Of a stretch of 64,000 bases of DNA, positions 19,685 through 29,428 are shown piece by piece. Both the position numbers and the translations under genes were made by a program. Numbering within the stretch: position 1 is the stretch's first letter; each line of letters begins with the position of its first letter. The notes beneath the pieces are model-generated. The model saw only the letters and a program-made list of their open reading frames with translations, was not told where the DNA came from and ran no database searches. The stretch lies in the sequence record ON190025.1. One strand, written 5' to 3'.

Positions 19685-19911
19685 GTTTTGAAACAAATAA
19701 AAAACTTGCTGAAGCTTTCGACTCGTGGCGCATTGTCCCTCGAATTTTAGTTGCAATGTATTGCTACTTGCTTTATACTACAGCAATATGGTTCATGGCA
19801 CTGCCTGACCCTTCAGCAACACAATCTGCATTTGTATCGACTATTGTCGGTGCAGGTGCAGCGATATTCGGTTTATACACAAATTCTGGAAAAGGAAAAA
19901 CAAATGGCTAA
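19681..19911 (+). CDS. small two-TM membrane protein
   Basis: WRIVPRILV, two hydrophobic segments. Confidence 0.7.
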   Translation: MSFETNKKLAEAFDSWRIVPRILVAMYCYLLYTTAIWFMALPDPSATQSAFVSTIVGAGAAIFGLYTNSGKGKTNG

Positions 19912-20095
19912 ATTACTTTACGCACACGAAGTTGAACATGAAATGCAACGACGCGACGTGTGGTTGAAAGCATGGTGTCATACTGCGAACGCAAATGACT
20001 GTAAAGAAACATCAACTGCAACAAACTATGCTGATGCATGTCTAGCTGCGTTTGACCGTCGATTTGAAAATATTAAGGTGGTATCAGATGCTTGA
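19904..20095 (+). CDS. hypothetical protein
   Basis: Start at 19904 after AAGGA. Confidence 0.6.
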   Translation: MAKLLYAHEVEHEMQRRDVWLKAWCHTANANDCKETSTATNYADACLAAFDRRFENIKVVSDA

Positions 20096-20486
20096 TTTAG
20101 ATGTAGTACTACTCAACCCAAATATCATCAAGTCAACTGAAATCGCTGGTCATAACTTCGGTGTTCAGGTCATTGAAATTGTAAGTGATAATATTTCTGG
20201 CGACGACGTTGATAACTTTATTGATTTCATCGTTGAAGCTGAAACACAAGAACGTGAGCACCCGTATGTTGGTCACTTCTACGGCGACTTACTAGTATTG
20301 AACGTAGCTGAAGAACGTCACCACTTCGAAGCGCGTATGTCTGAAGAAGACATTGCGAATCTAACAATCGAGCTTGATGATGCATTCATTCAACACACAT
20401 ACGAGTTTATTGAATGGTACAAGCGAAAAGCGCGAGAGTTCTTCGATGATGATGAATTAGAATTCGAAATTGACAATCAAATCTAG
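20088..20486 (+). CDS. acidic hypothetical protein
   Basis: Start at 20088 after AAGGTGG; D/E-rich. Confidence 0.65.
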   Translation: MLDLDVVLLNPNIIKSTEIAGHNFGVQVIEIVSDNISGDDVDNFIDFIVEAETQEREHPYVGHFYGDLLVLNVAEERHHFEARMSEEDIANLTIELDDAFIQHTYEFIEWYKRKAREFFDDDELEFEIDNQI

Positions 20487-20488
20487 TT

Positions 20489-20517
20489 AAATCCCGTCGG
20501 TTAAGACGGGATTTTTT
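20489..20517 (+). terminator. intrinsic terminator
   Basis: AAATCCCGTC-GGTTAA-GACGGGATTT followed by T-run. Confidence 0.75.
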
Positions 20518-20525
20518 GTTTTGTC

Positions 20526-20531
20526 TAAATA
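20526..20531 (+). promoter_or_regulatory. late promoter
   Basis: CTAAATAG, about 30 nt upstream of the 20560 start. Confidence 0.7.
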
Positions 20532-20559
20532 GAAGAAACAACATTAAAAGGTTAATTAA

Positions 20560-22011
20560 ATGAAACAATTTAACGAATTTTATCAAGAAGTTCGCCTTGA
20601 TGAGATTTCTGATCGTGCGAATATCGACATTGATTGGGATTGGGGTCATGAGAACGGGACGGGCGAGACTTCAGCGCGATTCGACGCTGCTGGTGAGCGA
20701 TTTGAAGTTGGTGTTGAAGAAAGCAACCCTGGTTATTTCACTATTACATTCCAAAACTCAGGTGGTTATGCTCAGACAGGTAAAGCAGGACACTCTGCGG
20801 CTGCGGTATTCTCTGGTGTATTGACGACTCTACGTGAATTCACCGAGACGTATGAAGAAGAAATGGGCATGAAGCCGTATGAATATGACTTCAGCGCAGC
20901 TTATGAACTACCAAAGAATCACGAGTACTACGCACTTGTTAACAATCGACGCGAAGCGACTCGTTTAGATGAAGAAAGCAAGAAAAAGCTATTGAAAGAC
21001 TTGATTTCTCGTCCAATGCTTTACTACGCACTGTCACTGACTTTCGGTAAAGAATATGGTTATTCGACTGACATTAGCGACCGCTGGCTTGCACGTCTAG
21101 CAGGTGGCGCAAACGATTTCCGTTCTGTTCGTAAGAACGTGACGCGCAGTATTCTTTCAATGAGCGACAGCGACGTTAACCAAGCGTTGATGAGTATGAG
21201 TGGTTCAGTTTCATTTACTCTTACCAACGAGAACGAGCGTTCTAGCAGCTACGACACTGCATTTGGTGGCGGCCCGTCTCTTGAAGATTTTGTTGATGAA
21301 GCAGATCAATATCAAATCGAAGCATGGATCAATGAAGGTCGTGAAGATGAAATCATTGAACACGCAGATTGGCAAACTCTAGTTCGTATTGCTAGTTGGG
21401 GTCTGATGCACGAAGAGCTGATTTTCCACGATGACGAAGACGTTCGTGCAGCGGTAGTTGAGTCAGATTACGAAATGGGCGATAAACTTGCTTCATCTGG
21501 CGATTGGCAACACCGTAAACAAGCTGCGGACATGGGTTTTGGTATTTGGGATCTTGTTCTTGACTCAGATGAAGATGTACGGGACACAGCGTGGGATTGG
21601 TCATTCTCAAACGACGATGCAGACACACGTATCACATATGCGAAACGCTACGAAAGTGAATTCGGTCGCGATATGGCAGAAGATATCTGGGATAGAATGA
21701 TCGATGATACAGATGATTACGAAGAACGCCAATACGTAGCCGAACAAGGTTATCGAGTTGAGGAACTTCTAGCAGACCATGATGAAGACGTGCGCGAATC
21801 TGCAATTGGTGCGGTATTTAACGTACTGGGGTTAGATGGTCGCGAAGCTGCTGAGTTCTTGATGAATAACTCAGATCCATATCAAGAAGAGGTGTTTGAA
21901 TACGCTATAAATGGTAACTTCGGTCCGTCATTTGATGAAGCACTTATTGAGCTTGCTGAAGAAAACGGCGTTGATGTATCTGAGTACAAAGACGACGAAG
22001 ACGAAGAATAA
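20560..22011 (+). CDS. capsid-targeted acidic protein with C-terminal HEAT/LRV-like repeats
   Basis: MKQFNEFYQEVRLDE; repeats LIFHDDEDVR, LVLDSDEDVR, LLADHDEDVR. Confidence 0.75.
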   Translation: MKQFNEFYQEVRLDEISDRANIDIDWDWGHENGTGETSARFDAAGERFEVGVEESNPGYFTITFQNSGGYAQTGKAGHSAAAVFSGVLTTLREFTETYEEEMGMKPYEYDFSAAYELPKNHEYYALVNNRREATRLDEESKKKLLKDLISRPMLYYALSLTFGKEYGYSTDISDRWLARLAGGANDFRSVRKNVTRSILSMSDSDVNQALMSMSGSVSFTLTNENERSSSYDTAFGGGPSLEDFVDEADQYQIEAWINEGREDEIIEHADWQTLVRIASWGLMHEELIFHDDEDVRAAVVESDYEMGDKLASSGDWQHRKQAADMGFGIWDLVLDSDEDVRDTAWDWSFSNDDADTRITYAKRYESEFGRDMAEDIWDRMIDDTDDYEERQYVAEQGYRVEELLADHDEDVRESAIGAVFNVLGLDGREAAEFLMNNSDPYQEEVFEYAINGNFGPSFDEALIELAEENGVDVSEYKDDEDEE

Positions 22012-22015
22012 TATT

Positions 22016-22055
22016 AAAAAAAGGGTTGACAGATGTCAGCCCTTTTTTGTATTAT
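22016..22055 (+). promoter_or_regulatory. combined terminator and early promoter
   Basis: GGGTTGAC-AGAT-GTCAGCCC followed by T-run; TTGACA -18- TATTAT. Confidence 0.75.
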
Positions 22056-22085
22056 AGCTTTATCGAAAACGAAAAAGAGAATAAT

Positions 22086-22358
22086 ATGAACATTAATGAC
22101 TTAACAGAAATATTCATCAACATTCACGACGAGCATTATGACGTTGATGAAACGCTCGACCGAATCGAAGCATCTATTGATCGAGACGACGTACACGGTG
22201 TGTTTATGCCCTTTACACAAGGCGTGAGCATCTTTTTCGAGAAGTTTGACGACGAAACGCTTGAATTAGAAAAGTATCAAGAATTCGTCATCGAGAAACT
22301 ACAGAGTGAGTTTGGTGACGAGATTGGTGAAATTGAATTTGAAATTAGAGAGAATTAA
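22086..22358 (+). CDS. acidic hypothetical early protein
   Basis: Start at 22086 after GAGA. Confidence 0.65.
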   Translation: MNINDLTEIFINIHDEHYDVDETLDRIEASIDRDDVHGVFMPFTQGVSIFFEKFDDETLELEKYQEFVIEKLQSEFGDEIGEIEFEIREN

Positions 22359-22359
22359 G

Positions 22360-22983
22360 ATGTTATTAGCTGACTACATTAAACACGTGATGCAAGAATA
22401 TCACACGATTTTCCCGACTCGATTTTCAGTACTAGATCATCTTTTCGCTACGAACGGTAATGGGATTACTCTCAAAGATGGTTATATCATGGATTTCGAG
22501 ACTCGGCAAGTCAAAGAGCCTACACGTTTATCGCGTGAAGAGATTATTCAACATGTGAAAGACTCTTCAGATTATAGACTTGGGTGGTGTGCTCGTGTGA
22601 TTAAAGAAATCGGTGATGAGTACCCCGAAGCAACAGAAAAGTTGAAGAAGCGTTTAGAATCTCATATGGCAGAAGACGAGCGAACAATCGAACGTCTGTG
22701 CAACATTGACGAAGCATACAAAATTCAACCCGATTTAACACGACTTGAGGTGTATGCATGGGGTGGCTCGCGTCGTTATATCCCGATGTATGATTTCGAG
22801 AAATCGAAATACGATGACACAATCGAGCAGCTTGAGTACTTCAGAGATTGCATTGTCAATGCGACGCCTTATGAACTCACTGAAGATTCTTCTGACACAG
22901 AAAAATTCTACGCTCGTGGGGTTCTGTCGTGGAAAGAAAACGTCGGCGAAATCGACAAAATCATTAAAAAACTTCGCAAATGA
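22360..22983 (+). CDS. hypothetical protein
   Basis: Start at 22360. Confidence 0.65.
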   Translation: MLLADYIKHVMQEYHTIFPTRFSVLDHLFATNGNGITLKDGYIMDFETRQVKEPTRLSREEIIQHVKDSSDYRLGWCARVIKEIGDEYPEATEKLKKRLESHMAEDERTIERLCNIDEAYKIQPDLTRLEVYAWGGSRRYIPMYDFEKSKYDDTIEQLEYFRDCIVNATPYELTEDSSDTEKFYARGVLSWKENVGEIDKIIKKLRK

Positions 22984-23027
22984 TGTTTATCTTTGCTGTG
23001 TTTTTCTTATAATAGAGTAAGCATGTT

Positions 23028-23405
23028 ATGTTACACAAATATTCGACCAATCGTTTTATGAACATGGTTAATTACATGAGTTCTCAATTCGTGCAAGGTA
23101 CGATATTCTTGGGATTCATGCCGATTACAGCGCCCAGCGATTCTTGGGGAATGTACGTACCTGAGAGTGACCATCGCTGGTGCGCTGTCCATTTATTCGA
23201 CTCTGAGCAACAAGCGACACGCTCAGATGAAGAAGAACGCGAACAGAAGCGAATCAATAAAGGTTATGAGTGGTTAATTGTGCTTTACGGTACAGACAAT
23301 TCATCATACATGAAACGCTTTAAGCGTCGTGAAGACGCAATCGCATGGTTCTTCAATGAAGAATCAGTTAAAACACTAGATGGGCTATTCTTTTACAATA
23401 GCTAA
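23028..23405 (+). CDS. hypothetical protein
   Basis: ORF track. Confidence 0.6.
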   Translation: MLHKYSTNRFMNMVNYMSSQFVQGTIFLGFMPITAPSDSWGMYVPESDHRWCAVHLFDSEQQATRSDEEEREQKRINKGYEWLIVLYGTDNSSYMKRFKRREDAIAWFFNEESVKTLDGLFFYNS

Positions 23406-23417
23406 TAGAGAGAATAC

Positions 23418-24038
23418 ATGAACGTTGAACAAACATTGCGAGAGTTGAATCAAATTAACAACAAGGTTTACACTCGCATCGTAAATGAAGCAATGAAGCC
23501 GAATATTCTTTCAATTTACGAACATGTGAAATTGAAAATCGGGTACAATAAAGAAATCTGGTATGGTGATGCTGATGTATATGTATCAATCGAGCCAGCG
23601 TATGTGAAATACAAAGAAGAACACGACGTTCTGATCATCAAAAACGTAGTATCGTGCTTTGAACGTGGCGTAGTTGTTGCTATCGTCAACAAAAAGACTG
23701 GGGACATCCCACTCTGTAAGTGTGTTGAGTCACACGGTGTGAAGCGCGAAGGTTGGGACTTCGGGGATCATCGCGATTGGGAAGTTGAAGGTCTTGATAC
23801 GCTTCGCGACCACAATTGGAAATTCGGTTATGAAGATCTTCGAGATGACTCGTTAGTATTCAAGCGAGAATCTTACTGGGAAGACGTTCGACCTGACAAA
23901 CCATACAACGACTGGCATCGTGCATCACATGGCTGTGGATTTCTTGTGGATAACTTGCTATACGCTGAACGAGAAATCAGATGGACATATCACATGGTCG
24001 TCGAAGATGAAGCATATACAATTTGCGATGAAGAATAA
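23418..24038 (+). CDS. hypothetical protein
   Basis: ORF with GAGAG SD. Confidence 0.7.
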   Translation: MNVEQTLRELNQINNKVYTRIVNEAMKPNILSIYEHVKLKIGYNKEIWYGDADVYVSIEPAYVKYKEEHDVLIIKNVVSCFERGVVVAIVNKKTGDIPLCKCVESHGVKREGWDFGDHRDWEVEGLDTLRDHNWKFGYEDLRDDSLVFKRESYWEDVRPDKPYNDWHRASHGCGFLVDNLLYAEREIRWTYHMVVEDEAYTICDEE

Positions 24039-24063
24039 AAAAAAGGGGCGAAAGCCCCTTTTT
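24037..24063. terminator. bidirectional terminator between convergent genes
   Basis: A-run GGGGC-GAAA-GCCCC T-run. Confidence 0.85.
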
Positions 24064-25117
24064 ATGGTCGGTAGATCATATGATTAGAACCCATTCGTTC
24101 CCATGAACCTAGATTCATACGATTACGCATTTCAGCGAATAATGCTGAGTTTGCTCGTATATCATCAAGTGGTAGTGCAACTACACCTTCAGTTTTATGT
24201 GCTAGTAATTCAAGTTTATCTAGCAATTCGCTAGAATTACGACCGTCGTATTTAAACTGACTGAACCAATAACCAATCTTACTAAACTTCTTATCTCTGG
24301 TGTATCTCACATCAAACCCTTTCAATGCATACATCAAGCTGCTTTCTTTACCTTTAAACGGTTGTCTCGACTCACTGTGTTCAGCCCCTGCACGCGAAAT
24401 CAATCGTTTCTTAGACTCTTCTGGTATATTGTCCCACCCATCAAAGTTGTGTTTAAATCGATTAATCCATGCTTGAGCAGTGGCTGGTGAATTTTTAAAA
24501 TCTGCTTTAGTATCTGCAATCGCTTGTGCATAACGAGCGTTTATCTCGTGCGAATAGTTCTGATATTCGTCGTGTGTCGCTTTGTGACCTGCTTTAGCAT
24601 GTCGAATGAACTCTTTATCGATATAAGCTCTATTACGCCCTGAGTGTTGATATACACCCTCTTCGTCGCGTGTCTCGAAGTCTTCTATATCACCAGAACG
24701 CCAGTTATCATAAGCATGTTGAAGTTCATGTAATGTAGTGCTGTACATCTGTTCTTTCTCGACTCTAAACTTAGCCATAATCTGACTCACCGCAGTGACA
24801 CCGGTTATATCAACGGTGATTTGCAAGTTCCCTGCTTCACCTGCTTCTGGGTCGTGTAAAGCACCGCGCCAAACACCCATTTCGGTTGGGTTTTGGTTAT
24901 CAAGTTTAAGATAAGCAACGATACCACGCGCAAGAAGCGCATCGAACTCAGTTTCACCAGTTTTGATGTTCAGATTCTTGGTATTGAGCGCGAGTTTGTT
25001 TGGGTCGAATGGTCGGCTACTTAGAGCTGCTTCTAATTGTGTCTCAAGCTTATCGACAATAAACTTAGATGCGTACTCTAATGCACGCTGCGATTGAACG
25101 TTTTCAAAAATAATCAT
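24062..25117 (-). CDS. late-expressed zincin-like metallopeptidase
   Basis: TTLHELQHAYD (HExxH) and YSHEINAR third-ligand motif; TAAATA on - at 25150-25155. Confidence 0.7.
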   Translation of the reverse strand: MIIFENVQSQRALEYASKFIVDKLETQLEAALSSRPFDPNKLALNTKNLNIKTGETEFDALLARGIVAYLKLDNQNPTEMGVWRGALHDPEAGEAGNLQITVDITGVTAVSQIMAKFRVEKEQMYSTTLHELQHAYDNWRSGDIEDFETRDEEGVYQHSGRNRAYIDKEFIRHAKAGHKATHDEYQNYSHEINARYAQAIADTKADFKNSPATAQAWINRFKHNFDGWDNIPEESKKRLISRAGAEHSESRQPFKGKESSLMYALKGFDVRYTRDKKFSKIGYWFSQFKYDGRNSSELLDKLELLAHKTEGVVALPLDDIRANSALFAEMRNRMNLGSWERMGSNHMIYRP

Positions 25118-25135
25118 CTTTTTTCTCGAATTCGG

Positions 25136-25164
25136 TTGACTGTATTACTTATTTAGGTTAATAT
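25136..25164. promoter_or_regulatory. overlapping divergent promoters: early (+) and late (-)
   Basis: TTGACT -17- TAATAT on +; CTAAATA on - inside the spacer. Confidence 0.65.
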
Positions 25165-25194
25165 CTATCGCATCGAAACGAAAGAGAGAACACT

Positions 25195-25890
25195 ATGACT
25201 AATGCAGCTCGCAAATATGTGTACGACATCTTCCATGATGAGCTTCAAAAGCCGTCTGTGAATCTAGACGCCTTTAAAATTAAAGGTTCAAATGGTAAAC
25301 CACTTCTCGGTTATCTGACTGACACACATCTACGCAAACTACGATTTGTTATGTTCGTGAGTAAGCGACATGCATCCGAGTACGGACGTTCTTGTTGGTC
25401 TCATGATGTTCGTGATGATTGTGACAAAATCGAAGGTACTTGGTCGAGCGTAGCGAAAGAAATTATAAAGCGCAAAGCTGAATACGCAAATTACGTGACT
25501 AAGACGTATCTTGATTACGACTATGGTGTTGAAGAGCCGACCCTTGCAATCATCGACAAGATGCTGAATAAACCGAAGCGTTTTCACGTTGCAAAGTACG
25601 TCAACAATGAAATGTGTGTTAGTGAGAATAATGATTCAATTGTGCTAATTGATCGTGATACTGATGTGAAATTCGTTGTGAAGTATCAAGATTTTCGCTA
25701 TACTGGCGAATTGAGGCGTCTCGCAACGCCTGCAAACGTGTTTACCAATAACGAAGAGAAAGCACTTTGCAGTGCAATTTCAAATCTCGTGAGTTCTCGA
25801 ATCAACGATATTCTTGCTAAGAAGCGAGCGAAAGAAGAGAAACGTCGCCAAGCAAAACGCCAACAACTAATTGAAGCATACGGAGCTTAA
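25195..25890 (+). CDS. hypothetical early protein
   Basis: ORF with GAGAG SD. Confidence 0.7.
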   Translation: MTNAARKYVYDIFHDELQKPSVNLDAFKIKGSNGKPLLGYLTDTHLRKLRFVMFVSKRHASEYGRSCWSHDVRDDCDKIEGTWSSVAKEIIKRKAEYANYVTKTYLDYDYGVEEPTLAIIDKMLNKPKRFHVAKYVNNEMCVSENNDSIVLIDRDTDVKFVVKYQDFRYTGELRRLATPANVFTNNEEKALCSAISNLVSSRINDILAKKRAKEEKRRQAKRQQLIEAYGA

Positions 25891-25892
25891 TC

Positions 25893-26285
25893 ATGGCATA
25901 TCAAGTAATCAACGGCAAATTGCGTAAAGTAAAGAAAAACAAGCCACGCGACTATGATAAAGAGTGGTCAAAGATGCACGAAACTGCCAAGAAGCAAGCA
26001 GAAATCATGGATCGCATTCATGAACGTGAGCGCATTGAACGTCTAGGTTCTCGTGAGCGTCATGAAGCAATGATTGACCTTGCTAAACGCAATGATCGTA
26101 AAGGTAAGAAAGGCGGCGACTGTAACGTAACTCAGTGTCAAAAGCCCGGTGCAAGCTCTTACAACACTGCAATGAGAGCGTATTACTGCGAGTCTTGTGC
26201 TAAAGAAATTTGGCTAGCAGGTCAACGCGAGGGTCGAGACTTCATTCGACCAACACCAGACTACACATACAAATACGAGGGTTAA
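25893..26285 (+). CDS. basic protein with putative Zn finger
   Basis: CNVTQC...YCESC. Confidence 0.65.
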   Translation: MAYQVINGKLRKVKKNKPRDYDKEWSKMHETAKKQAEIMDRIHERERIERLGSRERHEAMIDLAKRNDRKGKKGGDCNVTQCQKPGASSYNTAMRAYYCESCAKEIWLAGQREGRDFIRPTPDYTYKYEG

Positions 26286-26289
26286 TCTC

Positions 26290-26529
26290 ATGGGCGAATT
26301 TTTATTTCTTATGTTCATTATCACGTTTGTGTTGTCAAACGTTATAGCGATTTTCATTGGTTTGCATGTGATCTTCGAACGTCAATACAACATACCCATG
26401 GTGGTGGTCATGTTATATGGCTTCATTGGTACGCTACTCGTAGCAACTGTTATGTCTATTCTGTTCGTCTTATGTAAAATCGAAGAAACAGAATTTTGGC
26501 GAAAAATTTCCAAAATGAGAGAAATCTAA
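26290..26529 (+). CDS. small two-TM membrane protein
   Basis: Two hydrophobic segments. Confidence 0.65.
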   Translation: MGEFLFLMFIITFVLSNVIAIFIGLHVIFERQYNIPMVVVMLYGFIGTLLVATVMSILFVLCKIEETEFWRKISKMREI

Positions 26530-26864
26530 TGCAGCAAATTGTATTATATGTTGATTACCAAAACCCCCGCACTGCAATCGTAGCTGATACTACGTTGAGA
26601 GACGCAGATTATGACCTATCTGGTATGGGGTTGTCTAAAGCATGTCAATCAAATTACATTGCACTTGAGAAGAACGGCAAATGGCGTCTTGTGAAATGTC
26701 GTTATATGATTGGATTTGAATCAATGGAATTCAGCACGATTGATGGGATAGTTGCGTTCATCAATGCGATTAACATCGACAACAATCAAGCAACGATTAA
26801 ATCAGTCGTGTTTGAAAAAGTCGCGCCTGTGTATGAAAACATCAAAGTAAGAGGTTTATCATGA
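26529..26864 (+). CDS. hypothetical protein
   Basis: Start at 26529 coupled to the upstream stop. Confidence 0.6.
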   Translation: MQQIVLYVDYQNPRTAIVADTTLRDADYDLSGMGLSKACQSNYIALEKNGKWRLVKCRYMIGFESMEFSTIDGIVAFINAINIDNNQATIKSVVFEKVAPVYENIKVRGLS

Positions 26865-27142
26865 GTTTTGAAACAAAGATTGTCTGTTACGGTGCACTTG
26901 TAACTGAAGTTGAGCATGGATGGGGTACTCGACCAGATGGTTACATCATCGCGAAAAGCGAAGCTGAAGTGCTGAAAAAAGGTGCTGAAATGCGAGAAAT
27001 TGCTGCAAAAGCGAAGTACGGCTATGAATATATCGGTGACGTATTTACATTCGAACCGACTCAAAAAGCTATCGAAGAGTTGACCAACCGCGAGTTCATT
27101 TGGACTGGTCGTGACTTCTCTGAATGGGGTAAACGAATTTAA
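26861..27142 (+). CDS. hypothetical protein
   Basis: EHGWGTRPDG; AGAGG SD. Confidence 0.65.
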   Translation: MSFETKIVCYGALVTEVEHGWGTRPDGYIIAKSEAEVLKKGAEMREIAAKAKYGYEYIGDVFTFEPTQKAIEELTNREFIWTGRDFSEWGKRI

Positions 27143-27148
27143 AAAGAT

Positions 27149-27196
27149 TGTGAAACTAGTTTAATATCAACGACATGATGCTATACTAGTTTCACA
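27149..27196. repeat. perfect 12-bp inverted repeat with 24-bp spacer
   Basis: TGTGAAACTAGT (27149) and ACTAGTTTCACA (27185). Confidence 0.7.
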
Positions 27197-27424
27197 TTGC
27201 AGCGATGTACTGCAATTCACGTCCGGTTAGGTTGTACAGATAAAAATAAAACTTAAAAATATAGGTATAAAATGAAAAACTTTGGCTTTCATTAGCATTG
27301 TTATGTTCTACTGCGTCAACGACAGCGGCTACATTCACGGGACTACCGGCTGAAGGTGTCGAAACACCGAGTCCTTTAATTAAAATAGTGGCGGCTTGAG
27401 ACGCCACTCTAAAACGAGGTTATT

Positions 27425-27604
27425 ATGAGAAAGCATGAAATACGAGATATGGTTGAACGTCAAGGGTTCATTCTGAACGAAGAAATTGACGAACACAATC
27501 AATCACTCTGGCAGATAAAAGACAACGGTCAAGTTGTTTACGAATCGTATAATGAATATTGCCTTGAGGCATTTCTCAAAGGTGTTAGATATTCAGAACA
27601 GTAA
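27425..27604 (+). CDS. hypothetical protein (59 aa, not in the ORF track)
   Basis: GAGG SD; MRKHEIRDMVERQGF... Confidence 0.55.
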   Translation: MRKHEIRDMVERQGFILNEEIDEHNQSLWQIKDNGQVVYESYNEYCLEAFLKGVRYSEQ

Positions 27605-27612
27605 GCGCCTTT

Positions 27613-27939
27613 ATGGCGCTTTTTGAGGTTATTATGAGACGACAAATCAATAGAATGAAAAACGATAATGGTGATTTCGAGCGTTATATGCGCACGCAAG
27701 CAGCTAGATACGCTCGAAGAGAGATCATCAACAATATAGCCGATGACAATGACATCTTCTTAGTCGGTTCTTACACGATGTACAAAGATTGTGATGAAAA
27801 GGTTGTTCTTCAGCTTGTACGATACGCAGGTTACGAGCGTGCTGAAGTTAAAGCAGTGCCGATTGTCGGTAGTCTTGTTGATTGTGTTAATGTCATTCAC
27901 GGTGTTGGGTTTAGAGTGGTGCTAAATAATGATAGTTAA
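27613..27939 (+). CDS. hypothetical protein
   Basis: ORF track; start may be the second ATG after GAGG. Confidence 0.6.
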   Translation: MALFEVIMRRQINRMKNDNGDFERYMRTQAARYARREIINNIADDNDIFLVGSYTMYKDCDEKVVLQLVRYAGYERAEVKAVPIVGSLVDCVNVIHGVGFRVVLNNDS

Positions 27940-28213
27940 CATTGCTCATCATTCTTTTGATGTGTACATTGGTCGCGGCACCCCGTTTGGTAATCCATTT
28001 AAATCAGGGATAGACGGCACTCGTAGCGAAGTTATTGAGCTTTATCGCGAGTGGTTACGCATTCAATTGCAAGACGACGAATTTAAAAAGCAGTTTATGC
28101 AACTAAAAGGAAAGATTCTCGGTTGTCATTGTAAGCCTAAAGCGTGTCATGGTGATGTAATACTAGAAGAACTTGATAGATTGAGCAGCCCATTAAACAA
28201 TTTTATAGGTTAA
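27929..28213 (+). CDS. DUF4326-family protein
   Basis: DVYIGRGTPFGNPF, LKGKILGCHCKPKACHGDV. Confidence 0.85.
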   Translation: MIVNIAHHSFDVYIGRGTPFGNPFKSGIDGTRSEVIELYREWLRIQLQDDEFKKQFMQLKGKILGCHCKPKACHGDVILEELDRLSSPLNNFIG

Positions 28214-28216
28214 TCT

Positions 28217-28510
28217 ATGAGAGAAGCAATTGCATTATTGAAAAACACGAAGATGAGTTATACGGACATTAGCGCATTCGGCGACCCCGTAGTATATGTT
28301 CATGCCGGTCATGAAACGATTTTAAAGGTAGAATACACTAAAGATTGCTACTCATTTTTCGATTACAGAAGCAAGTATCTCTATACTGAACAATCAATCG
28401 ACGACTTAGAAATACATTTAAAATCAATAGATGTCGGTCTTGACGACGACCTACCATTAAATGGTAATATCGACAAAGACACGATACCAGACGGAGAGTT
28501 CCTTGAATGA
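28217..28510 (+). CDS. hypothetical protein
   Basis: ORF track. Confidence 0.6.
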   Translation: MREAIALLKNTKMSYTDISAFGDPVVYVHAGHETILKVEYTKDCYSFFDYRSKYLYTEQSIDDLEIHLKSIDVGLDDDLPLNGNIDKDTIPDGEFLE

Positions 28511-29427
28511 AATTTAGCGAATATCAAAGACTCAACGAGTCGTTAGATCGCCCTGCGAAATATAAACTCGTCCGAGAGTTACCAAATTTAAACGTGTATG
28601 CGTTTCAAGTTGATGGTGTTTATTATGAAATAGACATTCAGAAAGGTATTATACGTGAACCGAACGGGATGAAGTCTATGAAGGCTGAGGTGTCGTTCAA
28701 AGCTCTTGATGGTAGTGGTTATAATCTAACTAAGAAAGATGATAAAACAGCTCGTATCGTATTATCAACGGTTGTCGATGCTATTTTCAGTTTTGTTAGA
28801 GACAATTCACCAGCTCAAATAACATATAGCGCGTTCAATGACGCTGATCAGCGTGATGCCGATAAACGTCTCAGACTGTATAAGATCATGACAAAGGCGA
28901 AACTAAGAGAGTTCCCTGAGTATGATTTCAGAAACGTAGGTCGTGAATTCATTGTATATGACGTTGGTTATCAACAACGTGTAGATGAATTTTCGCGTCG
29001 AGCACGTCGTCCAGTCGGATTTGAAGAACATGGCGACCATGTTGAGGTTAATTTATCTCATGCCAATGCATATGCATTTGTAAGAGCGTTTGAAGTTGAA
29101 GATGGTTCGATGATTAGTGGTGTTCTAGGGCAAGGTCGTGCAGTTGTAAAAGCGGCTGACGAAATTGCAGCTAGGTTACGTGTAAATCGCGTTGTGTATG
29201 AAATGTCGGACAGGGAAGGTTGGTTAGCAGCACTACAGCACCCAATTTTCGACTATGGTGAAGGTCCTGAAGAAGATAGAACATATCTGGTTGGTGCATT
29301 CAAGAACTTCTATATCGTCTTGACTAGTCAAACAAGTCTAAAAATATACACCGACGATGCAGCGTTTACCAAATACGTGAATGCATTCGATGCGCCGTGG
29401 TTAAACCCAGAAATAATGGAATCTTAA
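28507..29427 (+). CDS. capsid-targeted protein, paralogue 1
   Basis: MKFSEYQRLNE; shared VLSTV...ITYSAF...RLRLYK domain. Confidence 0.7.
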   Translation: MKFSEYQRLNESLDRPAKYKLVRELPNLNVYAFQVDGVYYEIDIQKGIIREPNGMKSMKAEVSFKALDGSGYNLTKKDDKTARIVLSTVVDAIFSFVRDNSPAQITYSAFNDADQRDADKRLRLYKIMTKAKLREFPEYDFRNVGREFIVYDVGYQQRVDEFSRRARRPVGFEEHGDHVEVNLSHANAYAFVRAFEVEDGSMISGVLGQGRAVVKAADEIAARLRVNRVVYEMSDREGWLAALQHPIFDYGEGPEEDRTYLVGAFKNFYIVLTSQTSLKIYTDDAAFTKYVNAFDAPWLNPEIMES

Positions 29428-29428
29428 A

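Noticed and set aside
27192-27407. 71-aa minus-strand ORF
   Set aside because: No SD or promoter, and the sequence reads better as the + strand frameshifted peptide; probably spurious.
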